From a virus (lineage: Duplodnaviria; Caudoviricetes): a stretch of 48,049 bases of DNA. The stretch lies in the IMG/VR virus record IMGVR_UViG_3300006127_000021, positions 1-48,049 of that record, one strand, 5' to 3'. Both the position numbers and the translations under genes were made by a program. Of the stretch, positions 1-9,798 are shown piece by piece; the first letter of the stretch is position 1; every line of letters begins with the position of its first letter. A model generated the notes under the pieces. It was not told where the DNA came from. It made no database searches and saw nothing but the letters and a program-made list of their open reading frames with translations.

Positions 1-765
1 CGGTGCTATATTAAATAATTCAGCCATTTTTTCGGTAAACATACCTCTTTCTGAATAATGGAATGAAAAATATTTCAAATCCAATTCTAATGTGTTTCCG
101 TTTAGTTTTGCTAACTTTTCAAATTGTTCTTTATAAATATCTTTAGAATTACCGTATGCTGCTAATCCCATAACTTTGTATTCACCACTATTAGGTTTGA
201 ATCCTAAAAATGCTGTAACTGATGCGTATAATAAACCCAATGAATGTGGAAAATAATTTCTTTCTAATTGTTGAATGTATTTACCTTTTACTCCCAACCC
301 TAATACGGCTGTTTCATTTTCACCAACTCCATCAACGGAGAATAAATGTGATTCGGTAAATGGTGATGTATAGAATGAATATGCTAAGTGAGAAAGATGA
401 TGTTCACAATATTTTATTTCACCTCTATACTTTAATGTATTTCTAATAATAGAATCAATATCATTATTACCTTTCCATGTCAATAACTTTTTAGTTAATC
501 TCCATGTTTTAGGAAAATATTTGTGATATTGTTCTTTAAATCTTTCGTATTTCTTTTTAGGATCTTCGTACCAAACAATTTTATCTATTTGATTAATCTT
601 AAGTTTATTTTGTTTTAGAATCCAATTAATCGAATTGATAGGAAATCTTTGGTCATGTTTAATACCGGTAAATCTTTCTTCCTCTTGTGCAGACAAGACC
701 TTACCATCTACAATTAATGCAGCTGCTGAGTCGTGGTAAAAAGCTGATATACCTAGTATTCTCAT
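1..765 (-). CDS. Carbamoyltransferase (NodU/CmcH family), N-terminal part; runs off the window start
   Basis: Not in the ORF track; translated by hand from ATG at 765: MRILGISAFYHDSAAALIVDG...EEERFTGIKH...EHHLSH...VDGVGE...HSLGLLY...GEYKVMGLAAYG, the classic family motifs. ATGA overlap with the upstream gene. Confidence 0.93.
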   Translation of the reverse strand, partial: MRILGISAFYHDSAAALIVDGKVLSAQEEERFTGIKHDQRFPINSINWILKQNKLKINQIDKIVWYEDPKKKYERFKEQYHKYFPKTWRLTKKLLTWKGNNDIDSIIRNTLKYRGEIKYCEHHLSHLAYSFYTSPFTESHLFSVDGVGENETAVLGLGVKGKYIQQLERNYFPHSLGLLYASVTAFLGFKPNSGEYKVMGLAAYGNSKDIYKEQFEKLAKLNGNTLELDLKYFSFHYSERGMFTEKMAELFNIAP

Positions 766-1490
766 TTAGTTATTACTCTCTTCCAAAACGGGTCTTTTGA
801 TTCTTGTGTAATATCTCCTTCATCTAAAAATTGATAATACAATTTCATTTGAGTTTCTTTCATTTTAGAAACAACTTTAGTTATATAATGTGTTTTATAA
901 CCAGTCATTTCTCTTACCAATAAGTATAACGATTTTTTATTAAATGATTCTATATATTCTGCTCTTCTAAATAATTCTAAAACAGCATCTGCAATTTGAA
1001 TATCTCTTTTCTTTGAAAATTCTCTATTAAGATTTAAATCCCAATATTGTAACATTCTATCATTAAAAGTTTTGAATTCTTCATTGTGAGATGTTTGTTT
1101 GAAATCATTTTCCAAATCCCAACTTTCAGGCATTTCACTAATTTGAGATGTAGCTTTAAATCTTTTATAATTTGAGTTGTTATTTAAAATAAGATAATTA
1201 CGAGCTGCGATTGTAAAGTAACTGAATGCTTTACCTTTGCCTTCTTCAAATTTATGAATTTTTTCCAAAAGAAATGAAATTACTTCATGTTTAATATCTT
1301 CTTTATCATCATCAAAATAAGTAAATCCCCAAGTATTTAATACATTTTCCGCTAACTTATAAAATGAATAGTGGATATGTTCTGAATATAATTTATTCCT
1401 TTCTAATTGATTTGTTGACTTATTGTATGCTATAATAGCAGCTTCCGTTTGCTCCGTAAAGTAACGGGTGTCTTTTTTCTTTCTACCCAT
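762..1490 (-). CDS. Phage-encoded sigma factor (sigma70 region 2 / T4 gp55-like)
   Basis: EDIKHEVISFLLEKIHKFEEGKGKAFSYFTIAARN resembles sigma region 2 and the gp55 F-x-Y-F-T segment. Confidence 0.7.
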   Translation of the reverse strand: MGRKKKDTRYFTEQTEAAIIAYNKSTNQLERNKLYSEHIHYSFYKLAENVLNTWGFTYFDDDKEDIKHEVISFLLEKIHKFEEGKGKAFSYFTIAARNYLILNNNSNYKRFKATSQISEMPESWDLENDFKQTSHNEEFKTFNDRMLQYWDLNLNREFSKKRDIQIADAVLELFRRAEYIESFNKKSLYLLVREMTGYKTHYITKVVSKMKETQMKLYYQFLDEGDITQESKDPFWKRVITK

Positions 1491-1755
1491 TAGTTTCTTC
1501 TATTTCTTTTAAATTTTTTTCAATAGTATCTTTCAAATCATTAAATATGGCACCAACTTCATCATCACTTTCAAATGCACCATTAGTATCTATTTCTTTC
1601 ATTGCTACATACATTGCAATAAGTTTATCTAAATTATATTGTAGTTTTAAATCCTGAGCTTCTACTAATTCTTCCATTTTCTCCAATTTTTTTAGGAGAT
1701 TCCAAATTATATAACCCAATGTAAGTAAAACTAATATTGTTAATATTACAAACAT
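1483..1755 (-). CDS. Hypothetical membrane-anchored protein
   Basis: N-terminal hydrophobic helix followed by a coiled-coil-like region; coupled to neighbouring genes. Confidence 0.75.
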   Translation of the reverse strand: MFVILTILVLLTLGYIIWNLLKKLEKMEELVEAQDLKLQYNLDKLIAMYVAMKEIDTNGAFESDDEVGAIFNDLKDTIEKNLKEIEETNG

Positions 1756-1756
1756 A

Positions 1757-2374
1757 TTATGCTACCTCCCATCCTTGTTCTAAGTAAGTTGATAAATTCT
1801 TTTTCTTAACTGAAAGTGTTTCTTCACCCTTTTTAAGAATAAATTTTTCATTTCTACCTAATTTAGCAAATGCAGTTAAATGTACAGTTTCAGTATATTG
1901 TCTATCTCTAATTGTTAAACCATTTAAGTGGTCAACTTCATGTTGAACACAAACTGATTCTAATAATCCTAAATCACTAAATAATTTATTAATATCTTCG
2001 TGATTTCTTTCTTCCGTACCAAATTCTAATACGTCAGGAAAATTATCTGCTTTTACCTTTACATTATAAGAACGAACTGTCTTAATAGGTTTTTTCATTG
2101 TTTTGGGTAAAGATAAACAACCTTCAAAATAAACCAATTTTTCTTGTCCTTCATCAACTATTTCTGGATTAACTAATACTAATGGAGTTTCTCTCACATT
2201 AATTACACAAATTCTTTTATTTAATCCAATTTGATTTGCACTCATACCTAAACCTTGTTGTTCGGTTACTGCGGTTAATAATGCAGCTGTTGCTAAATCT
2301 TGTTCTTCTTTAGTGAATGGTGTGTTAGGAATTGATTGTTTTAATATTCCCTTGTCTGTTACTATTTTTATCAT
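1757..2374 (-). CDS. def: Peptide deformylase
   Basis: All three PDF motifs present: GLGMSANQIG, EGCLS, QHEVDHLNG. Confidence 0.95.
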   Translation of the reverse strand: MIKIVTDKGILKQSIPNTPFTKEEQDLATAALLTAVTEQQGLGMSANQIGLNKRICVINVRETPLVLVNPEIVDEGQEKLVYFEGCLSLPKTMKKPIKTVRSYNVKVKADNFPDVLEFGTEERNHEDINKLFSDLGLLESVCVQHEVDHLNGLTIRDRQYTETVHLTAFAKLGRNEKFILKKGEETLSVKKKNLSTYLEQGWEVA

Positions 2375-2391
2375 ATGTAATGTTTAATACT

Positions 2392-2399
2392 CAAATATA
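2392..2399 (-). promoter_or_regulatory. Bacteroidota-type -7 promoter box (TATATTTG)
   Basis: Matches TAnnTTTG; intergenic, upstream of def. Confidence 0.6.
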
Positions 2400-2409
2400 C
2401 ATTAAATAA

Positions 2410-3078
2410 TTAATTATTCAAAATAAATTTATGTATTTTTTCGGCTAATCGTATGTTTTCACTATTACTTATATGACCATCATTCCATTTACCATTTGTT
2501 TCATCTGATATTTTTTCTAAATTTGTAGAGCAAACAAAGGGATCATTATTATCTAATATAATCATTCTTTTATCTTCTATTACATTAATTTTATTTGGTT
2601 TTATCCAAAATAAAGAATAACATTTAATTCCATAACTTTCTAAAAAATTAAATATAGAATATACTCTTTGCATTTCATACCAACTACGATATTCTTCAAA
2701 TTTGTCTAAATATGATAATAAAACTATACTATCTTCCATAGTAATATTAGTTTCTCTTAAAAGCATATCTATATCTATCTTTGGATTTAATACGAAGTCT
2801 TTCCATTGCAAATTATTATCATTTATTCTAAAAAATGCATTTTGAAAGAATTGAAATTGAAATACAACTATTTTTGCATTATCAATTAATTCTTTTAAAG
2901 AATCTGTTAGTATATTAACATTATTAACTAAATTATTACCAACCCCTGCCATATTTTTATAATCCATACCTATTTTTTGTGATAAATAATATGGATATGG
3001 TTCGTATGTATAATTTAAATCTTTGGGTTTAAAATATTCCATCCCCTTTGTATGACTATCTCCAAAATAGTATATCAT
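2410..3078 (-). CDS. SGNH/GDSL hydrolase-like protein
   Basis: N-terminal FGDSH and C-terminal DGH catalytic-type motifs. Confidence 0.7.
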   Translation of the reverse strand: MIYYFGDSHTKGMEYFKPKDLNYTYEPYPYYLSQKIGMDYKNMAGVGNNLVNNVNILTDSLKELIDNAKIVVFQFQFFQNAFFRINDNNLQWKDFVLNPKIDIDMLLRETNITMEDSIVLLSYLDKFEEYRSWYEMQRVYSIFNFLESYGIKCYSLFWIKPNKINVIEDKRMIILDNNDPFVCSTNLEKISDETNGKWNDGHISNSENIRLAEKIHKFILNN

Positions 3079-3080
3079 AT

Positions 3081-3737
3081 CTATAATTTCTCAAAATAAC
3101 CACCAATATCAAATTTTGCTTTCATATTAATTGAACCTGCTTCATTTGGTATAAATTTAGCTGGATCTACTAAACGAAAATCAACTGATACTCTTGTTTG
3201 GCTACTATCATTGTTTTTATTACCATGATATAAATTTGCACCACTAAATACTAATATTTCACCATAATTAACAGTATATGGTTTGTAATCACCCTTATCT
3301 TCTACACTCTCCATCCAAATTGTATTTTGTTCGTTGGTATTTACAAATGGCATCCAAAAATTAACCTCTGTCACTCCATGATTGTAAGTTCTATCTTTAT
3401 GCCACTCACCCACTCCCAAATTACCTTCTGCTAATTGAACTCTAAATGTTGGTATATCTTGATATATAATTTCATCGTAACCAAATCGTTCTTTAAGCTC
3501 TTTTACTAATTCTAAGTAAGTAGGTAAGAATTCTGTTTTATATTTTTCGTAATATCTTTTATGCCAAATCGTTGCTTGGTCTTTTTCTCTAACAAATAAA
3601 TCATAATGTTCTAAAGTATGTAAATCTTCTAATGGAATAGTATCGCCTTCCCATACTTCTAACATTTTTGAAACTATTTCTCTAAATGGATACTTTTTTG
3701 TATCGTAACTGATTTTGTAAGGTGTTTGTAAATACAT
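3081..3737 (-). CDS. 2OG-Fe(II) oxygenase-like protein (StrG-like)
   Basis: YQDIPTFRV, WHKD (HxD), NFWMPF, distal H in LYHGN, TRVSVDFR. Confidence 0.75.
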   Translation of the reverse strand: MYLQTPYKISYDTKKYPFREIVSKMLEVWEGDTIPLEDLHTLEHYDLFVREKDQATIWHKRYYEKYKTEFLPTYLELVKELKERFGYDEIIYQDIPTFRVQLAEGNLGVGEWHKDRTYNHGVTEVNFWMPFVNTNEQNTIWMESVEDKGDYKPYTVNYGEILVFSGANLYHGNKNNDSSQTRVSVDFRLVDPAKFIPNEAGSINMKAKFDIGGYFEKL

Positions 3738-3742
3738 AATTT

Positions 3743-4384
3743 TTAATATAAGTTATAATAATCTTTTAATCTTAAATCATTTTCTCTAATTTCTTGTATT
3801 TTAGGATCTGCATCTAAAATATTGTTTGTAACCGATAATTCACCATAAATAGTATATCCTACTAATTTATAATTTTGTTTTCTCCTATTTCTAGCTTTTA
3901 CAAATAACCAATCATCTTGTCCCCACAATTTCATTTCTTCCGGTATTGGAGAATAATTTTCTTTATGAACAAAGATTGCACAACCCCATCCACCATTTCT
4001 TCTTTCAATTGGTTCTAATCCAAACTCATGTCCATAATGTTCAATATTATATTCCGTTTCATCTAAACCAATTAATCCATTTTGTTCAGTAACGTGAGGT
4101 TCTAATATATCTAATATTTTCCAATCCATCCAAATATCATCATTTAAAATTAGAAGTTTATCATATTTTGCCATGCTTACACCTTTATTCCAAGCTGCGG
4201 TTACATAGGTGTTTTCTCTTTCAATTACATGATATATTTTAGGATGTATGATTTCATATCCCAATTCACCACCACTATTATCAATCAAAATAATTTGACC
4301 AACCAAAGGATGTTCACATAATTCGTTTAATGTTTCACCCAATCTTTTTGCTTTCCACATTGTGGGTATTATAACTGAATACAT
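3743..4384 (-). CDS. Glycosyltransferase family 2 (GT-A)
   Basis: SVIIPT, LIDNS, AWNKG, LNDD motifs. Confidence 0.85.
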   Translation of the reverse strand: MYSVIIPTMWKAKRLGETLNELCEHPLVGQIILIDNSGGELGYEIIHPKIYHVIERENTYVTAAWNKGVSMAKYDKLLILNDDIWMDWKILDILEPHVTEQNGLIGLDETEYNIEHYGHEFGLEPIERRNGGWGCAIFVHKENYSPIPEEMKLWGQDDWLFVKARNRRKQNYKLVGYTIYGELSVTNNILDADPKIQEIRENDLRLKDYYNLY

Positions 4385-4390
4385 ATTTTA

Positions 4391-4912
4391 TTATTTTTTA
4401 ATTCCGTAAAAATATAAATCTGATGGATTTTGTCTACTACTAAATTTATAATCATTAAATATAGAATCAAAATCTATCTCACCTTTCATTATTTCTTCAT
4501 TTAAGTTTCTATAATAATCTCCCACAAATGGTGCATCCTGCGGAGATGTTCTACGAGTCCCATGTTCAGGTCTACCATCTGTTGCACATGTAAATAAAAA
4601 TAATCCACCACTCTTTAAATGGTGAATAATGTTGTTTATTGTTTGAACCCAATATTCATCATGCTCAAAACACTCAGTAGATATAATAACATCATATCTT
4701 TCATCCGTTTTGTATTCATGTCCTCTACTAATTACATCTACATTTTTACCTTTACCTAAATCTACCCCAACATAGGTGTAATCTTCAAATAAATAACGAT
4801 TATTACCATTTATATCCAAAGAACCAATATCTAATACTGAAACTCCTTTAAATTTATCTGGAAACTTTGATTGAACTGAAACGCAAAAATCCTTTTGCTC
4901 TTTATGTGCCAT
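4391..4912 (-). CDS. Class I SAM-dependent methyltransferase
   Basis: VLDIGS motif I, YVGVD, DVIISTECFEH, LKSGG. Confidence 0.88.
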   Translation of the reverse strand: MAHKEQKDFCVSVQSKFPDKFKGVSVLDIGSLDINGNNRYLFEDYTYVGVDLGKGKNVDVISRGHEYKTDERYDVIISTECFEHDEYWVQTINNIIHHLKSGGLFLFTCATDGRPEHGTRRTSPQDAPFVGDYYRNLNEEIMKGEIDFDSIFNDYKFSSRQNPSDLYFYGIKK

Positions 4913-4913
4913 T

Positions 4914-5942
4914 TTAGTATGTTTTTGTTATTGAATCAGTATTATCTAATTCTTTTAAATGATCCCTATATAATTTATTGTATTTGTGAATAGAATTACC
5001 ATTTTGCATCCAATATTTAACTGCTGCTGGATTGTTTATCCATAAGTTCTTATTTTCCCAATTAAAATCTGGTTCTTCGTAGTATGGTATGGGTTTTTGT
5101 TCAATAATAGGTTCATTTTCATCGATTTTATCATCACCATACACTCCATATGTTTTTTCATCATATCCATCTACAAATTCTTCTAATTCTTTTTGAAATA
5201 CCGATTCTTTTTCTTCTTTTTTAGCAATTAATCCGTTAAATGCGATAATAAGTGCTACTGCAAGAGGGTCAAACACAATTACAATCAAAAATATGAAGAA
5301 TTTTACTACTTTTTTCAATTCTACACCAAAAGCCTCTGCTACAAATCGAAATCCACCAACTTCTTTCTCCAAATCTAAATTAAAAACCTTAATTTTGTTA
5401 ATTTCTTCGTTATTTTTAGTATTTTCATCTTGCAAATCACTAATTTTTTTGTTAATTTGTGCACTTTGCTTATCTTTGTTATCAATTGAACGTAAAAGTC
5501 GGTTATTTACCTTACCATTATCCAAAATTTTACCTTGCGTTGAGGATAAATTGGTTAATTGAGTGTTAAGTTGTGTAATTTGAGCTGAATTTTGCTCTAT
5601 TTTTGTTGTATAAACCGCAATTTCTCTATCTACCTGTTGCAATTTAAGATTTTGTTGTTGAAATGCGTTAGAAAGATAACCAAATATACCAGCAGAAGTG
5701 ATTATCATTAATAATCCTACTGCTAAAGTAAGATACCATTTGTTAAACCCCTTAAGGGTACTCCATTCTTGCTTCAAATATGTTGCAGACACTAATTTAG
5801 CGAACTCCAAAGAGCCCGCCATAACCATTACGGATATAGATGCTCCACTAAATAGAACACCTAAACCCGTTACGGAAAAGAAAGCGGCACAACCAGCTAT
5901 GATTATTGCCGAAATACCAACCAACCATTTAAGCCAGTTCAT
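4914..5942 (-). CDS. Membrane protein with long coiled coil
   Basis: Three N-terminal TM helices (AFFSVTGL, SLEFAKL, TSAGIFGYLS), a coiled coil, and an IVFDPLAVAL helix; a pattern common in large phages. Confidence 0.8.
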   Translation of the reverse strand: MNWLKWLVGISAIIIAGCAAFFSVTGLGVLFSGASISVMVMAGSLEFAKLVSATYLKQEWSTLKGFNKWYLTLAVGLLMIITSAGIFGYLSNAFQQQNLKLQQVDREIAVYTTKIEQNSAQITQLNTQLTNLSSTQGKILDNGKVNNRLLRSIDNKDKQSAQINKKISDLQDENTKNNEEINKIKVFNLDLEKEVGGFRFVAEAFGVELKKVVKFFIFLIVIVFDPLAVALIIAFNGLIAKKEEKESVFQKELEEFVDGYDEKTYGVYGDDKIDENEPIIEQKPIPYYEEPDFNWENKNLWINNPAAVKYWMQNGNSIHKYNKLYRDHLKELDNTDSITKTY

Positions 5943-6124
5943 TATCCTTCTCTTTCTAAATCTACTAATTCATTTACTTTAGTTAATGAATATAAAATTT
6001 CATCAATCATTTTAATAGCATCCTGCGGAGTAATAGGCTTACTACCCTCAGTTGCTTGTCTTAAATAATTAACTCTAATTTCAATGTTGTTTAAATTGTC
6101 TCTTACTTGTTCTTTGTATCTCAT
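5942..6124 (-). CDS. Hypothetical protein
   Basis: 60-aa ORF packed between co-oriented genes. Confidence 0.7.
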   Translation of the reverse strand: MRYKEQVRDNLNNIEIRVNYLRQATEGSKPITPQDAIKMIDEILYSLTKVNELVDLEREG

Positions 6125-6130
6125 ATTTGT

Positions 6131-7021
6131 TTATTTAAAAAATTCTGCTAATTTTGTTTCTTGTTCTAATTCATCAGGCGAGCAATACTTTGGAATCTCA
6201 TAATCTCCTGGCTTTCTGAAAACTAAAAGATACTCATGTACCTTTGAGGTGTAACGTTTTGCCGCAGTTTTTCCAATTTGTAATGCTGCGAATGGTGAAA
6301 TATTTTCTAGTATAACTATATCGTGCTGTAAAAATCCGTGCTTCTTAAAGGAATTGATAACATCACCATGAAAGTTTTGAAACTCACCACCAGTCCTTAA
6401 ATCACCTACAACCCAACATGCAAATGCCCCACTCTTTAAAACTCTATAACAATTAGAAATACACACATCAATTTTACTCATAAAGGATTCATATCTATTC
6501 TCATCACTTAATTGACCAGGAACTGATTCGTATCTTTCTAAATTAAAGTAAGGTGGACAAGTAAATATTAAATCTGCACTCTTATCTGAAATTTCTTCCA
6601 TTAAAGTTCCATCACTATTAATAACATGTGGTTTAACACCATGTGCTGCAAAATGTGTTTGAACTCTTTCGTATGTTCTCGGTGAAATCTCAAATCCGGT
6701 GTAATCTCTACCCAATTTAGTTGCAACAAATCCTCTTGTTACTCTACCGGCAAATGGGTCAACTACCTTACTACCTTTCATACTCCAAAACTTATACACT
6801 TGTTCAGCTAAGCCAGCATGGAATTCGGAGAATGTATAACCTGGTAAAAACTCTGATGTGTCACTACGGCGTTGTTCATCCATACCATCGTTAAGGTACG
6901 CATCGTGCCATTTTAACTTACTTTCTTTAGTAGGTCTGTTAATTGATAGGGGTAAGAACCCAAATTGGTCTACAACCTTTATATCGGTTCGTAGAGGTAA
7001 TACTTGTGAATATTCTGCCAT
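6131..7021 (-). CDS. DNA amino-methyltransferase (N4-C/N6-A type)
   Basis: Motif I VVDPFAG and motif IV FTCPPY. Start moved to ATG 7021 because the longer start overlaps a terminator and promoter. Confidence 0.85.
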   Translation of the reverse strand: MAEYSQVLPLRTDIKVVDQFGFLPLSINRPTKESKLKWHDAYLNDGMDEQRRSDTSEFLPGYTFSEFHAGLAEQVYKFWSMKGSKVVDPFAGRVTRGFVATKLGRDYTGFEISPRTYERVQTHFAAHGVKPHVINSDGTLMEEISDKSADLIFTCPPYFNLERYESVPGQLSDENRYESFMSKIDVCISNCYRVLKSGAFACWVVGDLRTGGEFQNFHGDVINSFKKHGFLQHDIVILENISPFAALQIGKTAAKRYTSKVHEYLLVFRKPGDYEIPKYCSPDELEQETKLAEFFK

Positions 7022-7024
7022 AAT

Positions 7025-7053
7025 AAAAAAAGGGTAGTTGTTTAGACTACCCT
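7025..7053 (-). terminator. Intrinsic terminator after the Hsp20 gene
   Basis: 8-bp stem AGGGTAGT/ACTACCCT, 7-nt loop, followed by a U-tract on the minus strand. Confidence 0.8.
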
Positions 7054-7054
7054 T

Positions 7055-7062
7055 CAAATATA
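7055..7062 (-). promoter_or_regulatory. Bacteroidota-type -7 box (TATATTTG) for the methyltransferase
   Basis: Matches TAnnTTTG; abuts the terminator stem. Confidence 0.6.
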
Positions 7063-7077
7063 CGAAATATAACTGAA

Positions 7078-7497
7078 CTAACCAACTTTAATGGATAGTT
7101 TTTTTGGCTTTCTTTCCTCAAACTTTGGAATAGATATATAAAGAACGCCGTTTGTAATTGTGGCTTCCGCCTTTGCACCATCCCAATCTTTTCCAATAGT
7201 TAATGTCTCATCAATTGTTTGAATTAACTCATTTTGAATTTTAGAAGGTTTGGTAACTTCATCATCGTTTGTTTTAGATTTAACTCTAATTTTATCAGAC
7301 TCATAATCTAATGTTAATGTCTCTGCTGAATGTCCTGGTACTAATAAACCAATCTCTAATACATCATCTGTAATATCAATTGCTACTCTTTGTGATGATG
7401 TTTTGAAAGTGGTTTTAGTACCTGTTGTTTTCCAATTCTGACTGTAATCTGTTGAGAACCAGTCTTCAACTAATTTGTTGTAATCTACTAAATACAT
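7078..7497 (-). CDS. Small heat shock protein (Hsp20/alpha-crystallin)
   Basis: LVPG, AEATITNGVLYISIPK and C-terminal LSI (IxI-like) motifs. Confidence 0.88.
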   Translation of the reverse strand: MYLVDYNKLVEDWFSTDYSQNWKTTGTKTTFKTSSQRVAIDITDDVLEIGLLVPGHSAETLTLDYESDKIRVKSKTNDDEVTKPSKIQNELIQTIDETLTIGKDWDGAKAEATITNGVLYISIPKFEERKPKKLSIKVG

Positions 7498-7573
7498 AAT
7501 TTAATGTTTTTGTTTGTTAATAATACTCTATATAATACAATATCCGTACCATTAGGATTAAACTGACAATTTG

Positions 7574-8245
7574 TTAGAATTTTCCAACATTGAAAGTAAA
7601 TGTGTCAGATTTTGCTGACTGTCTTTCAATAATTGTACTCATATGGTCTGCCCAATGCATTACATATTGTATGTTTGATTTAAGATATTTACTTGTATCA
7701 AAAACCTTATAATATTTTTGATTATCTTCATCATATAAACCATCGGTTAATTTAATACCAAAATATTCATTTTCAGTAATTGCAATTGCGTATTGATTTA
7801 ATAATAACATAGTTCTATCCGTTGCGGTTAAATATGATAATTGTGGGTTTCTCTTATAAACTTCTCCTCTTTCAACATGCCATTTACTATCATTTGGTAC
7901 ATAATTTAATTGCTCTTTAGTACCTAATTTACCTAAGTCGTGATGTAAAGCAGTAAAAATCAATTCCTCATCAGTAAAATCAATATTACCACCTTGCGAT
8001 GCAAATAACTCTTTCATTTTAATTGCGTTTTTACATACATTAAAGATGTGGTCAATATAACCACCCTCATACGCATTGTGATAATTTACATTACCACTCG
8101 CAGGTGATACTATCAAATTTCCACCTAATTCATCTTCCGAATACATAAACAATAACTTGTCTAATCTTTCTCCGGTAAAATACTTTTTAATAATAGCAAG
8201 AAACTTATCATAGTTCTGCTTTAATTCTACATCTGTTTTTTTCAT
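7574..8245 (-). CDS. HD-domain phosphohydrolase
   Basis: HNAYEGGYIDH, LHHDLGK, HWADH. Confidence 0.88.
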   Translation of the reverse strand: MKKTDVELKQNYDKFLAIIKKYFTGERLDKLLFMYSEDELGGNLIVSPASGNVNYHNAYEGGYIDHIFNVCKNAIKMKELFASQGGNIDFTDEELIFTALHHDLGKLGTKEQLNYVPNDSKWHVERGEVYKRNPQLSYLTATDRTMLLLNQYAIAITENEYFGIKLTDGLYDEDNQKYYKVFDTSKYLKSNIQYVMHWADHMSTIIERQSAKSDTFTFNVGKF

Positions 8246-8544
8246 TTTGTTAGATTTTCTTTTGTTAAGATTTTATATAATAATTCTACTTCTTCTTCGG
8301 TTTCTAACATTGGTAAATTATCAAAAAGGGTCATTAAATATTCACCCTCATTAATATCCATTGTTTTCCATTCATCGTTTGCTATTGATATAAGTGTAGG
8401 TCTATCACTAACATCATCATCTTCTTTTGGTAGTGGTAATATCCAATAATAAAATTCTGAATCTTCATCACTTTCCTCTATTTTAATTGCTCCCCACTTC
8501 TTAAATGAATGGTCGGTAATTGGTGTTTGCGGCATTGTAATCAT
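8242..8544 (-). CDS. Hypothetical acidic protein
   Basis: ORF; ATG 8544 lies 3 nt below a TATATTTG box (8548-8555). Confidence 0.75.
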   Translation of the reverse strand: MITMPQTPITDHSFKKWGAIKIEESDEDSEFYYWILPLPKEDDDVSDRPTLISIANDEWKTMDINEGEYLMTLFDNLPMLETEEEVELLYKILTKENLTK

Positions 8545-8567
8545 ACTCAAATATACTAAATTTTATT

Positions 8568-9176
8568 CTAATCACAAATAATTTTGATTGATTTTTGAAT
8601 TGAATCCAGTTTAATCTTTGAAAACAAATTATCTACTGGGATTTCTATTGTATATTTTGCTTTAGCTGTAATTGTAATCGTATCACCTTTCATTGCCGAA
8701 ACTGGTGCGAACATTGTATTAACTTCACCACTACTTCTATCTGAATAAGAAACCGGATTTATTGTAGGAATTAAATATGATTGATATGAAATTAATGGTT
8801 TAAGATTAACAGTCATTAATTTTCCAGTGAATGTATTGAAATATGTTTTTACTAATTGTGCCGTAGTATCACCTGCACTTAGTACCCAAAAATGGTCACT
8901 ACTCCATAATATTTGTTCATCAACCGGCGATGGTATTTTATTTGGTTTACCATCTACTAAAAATGTACCTGTTATACGAGCTAAGTTTTGGAAAGACATT
9001 GTATCAATAATCATATGATAAAATCCATTCTTATCCAAAGTAAGTGAATTTGAACCTGTCCTATTTAATACTGAATCTATCGAAAATAAAACTGAATGTT
9101 GTGGTGGTATTGGTGTAGTAACTTCTTTATTACATGCACATAAAAATATAATACCAATAATAGATAAAATCTTCAT
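8568..9176 (-). CDS. Putative lipoprotein
   Basis: Signal peptide with lipobox-like LCAC followed by NK. Confidence 0.65.
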   Translation of the reverse strand: MKILSIIGIIFLCACNKEVTTPIPPQHSVLFSIDSVLNRTGSNSLTLDKNGFYHMIIDTMSFQNLARITGTFLVDGKPNKIPSPVDEQILWSSDHFWVLSAGDTTAQLVKTYFNTFTGKLMTVNLKPLISYQSYLIPTINPVSYSDRSSGEVNTMFAPVSAMKGDTITITAKAKYTIEIPVDNLFSKIKLDSIQKSIKIICD

Positions 9177-9200
9177 ATCTTAGAGTTTAATGTTTATAGT

Positions 9201-9208
9201 CAAAGATA
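9201..9208 (-). promoter_or_regulatory. Bacteroidota-type -7 box (TATCTTTG)
   Basis: Matches TAnnTTTG, with TTGG about 20 nt upstream. Confidence 0.65.
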
Positions 9209-9251
9209 CGACTTTTTTACCTAATTTCCAACTATTTTAGGGTATTTTTTA

Positions 9252-9276
9252 TAACTTGTTGATAATCAATTAGTTA
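9252..9276. promoter_or_regulatory. Inverted pair of IHF-consensus sites
   Basis: TAACTTGTTGATAATCAATTAGTTA matches WATCAAnnnnTTR on both strands. Confidence 0.5.
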
Positions 9277-9798
9277 TAATAATGTCTTTTTTTCTTTTGA
9301 TTCGAACTGAAAGAATGTGATTAAACTATATCTAACTCCACTTTTAACCGGAGAAACTCTATGCATTAAAGTTTCATCCATTAATAGTGTTTTATTTGTG
9401 CTAGGCTTAATTTTATGAATATTTGAATCTTTATCTTTGTATTCAAATTCACCATTTTCAAAATCATCATTTAAATAAGTAACCGCTGTCATATACGACA
9501 TATCATGATGAAAATCATCATTCTTATTTGTTTCGGGTACAACTTTGTTAATCCAACTATTAACTTTAGAAAAATCGATTACATTAAATCTATTAATATT
9601 TACATTATTTTGTAATGCAATTTTTAATTTTGAATAGTAAATTTCCAAATCTTTATTATCAATAAAAACTCTATTGTAATAATTTGAACTAGTTTTTCTA
9701 TTAATTTTATCAAAATTATCCGTATTAAAATCTAAACATTTTAAATTTAAAAATTCTAATTCTTCACTTGATAAAATATTGTGAAGTTCAATAATCAT
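9274..9798 (-). CDS. 2OG-Fe(II) oxygenase
   Basis: HHD, YLNDDFENGE, HRVSPVKSGVRYS; C-terminus KEKKTLL. Confidence 0.88.
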   Translation of the reverse strand: MIIELHNILSSEELEFLNLKCLDFNTDNFDKINRKTSSNYYNRVFIDNKDLEIYYSKLKIALQNNVNINRFNVIDFSKVNSWINKVVPETNKNDDFHHDMSYMTAVTYLNDDFENGEFEYKDKDSNIHKIKPSTNKTLLMDETLMHRVSPVKSGVRYSLITFFQFESKEKKTLL

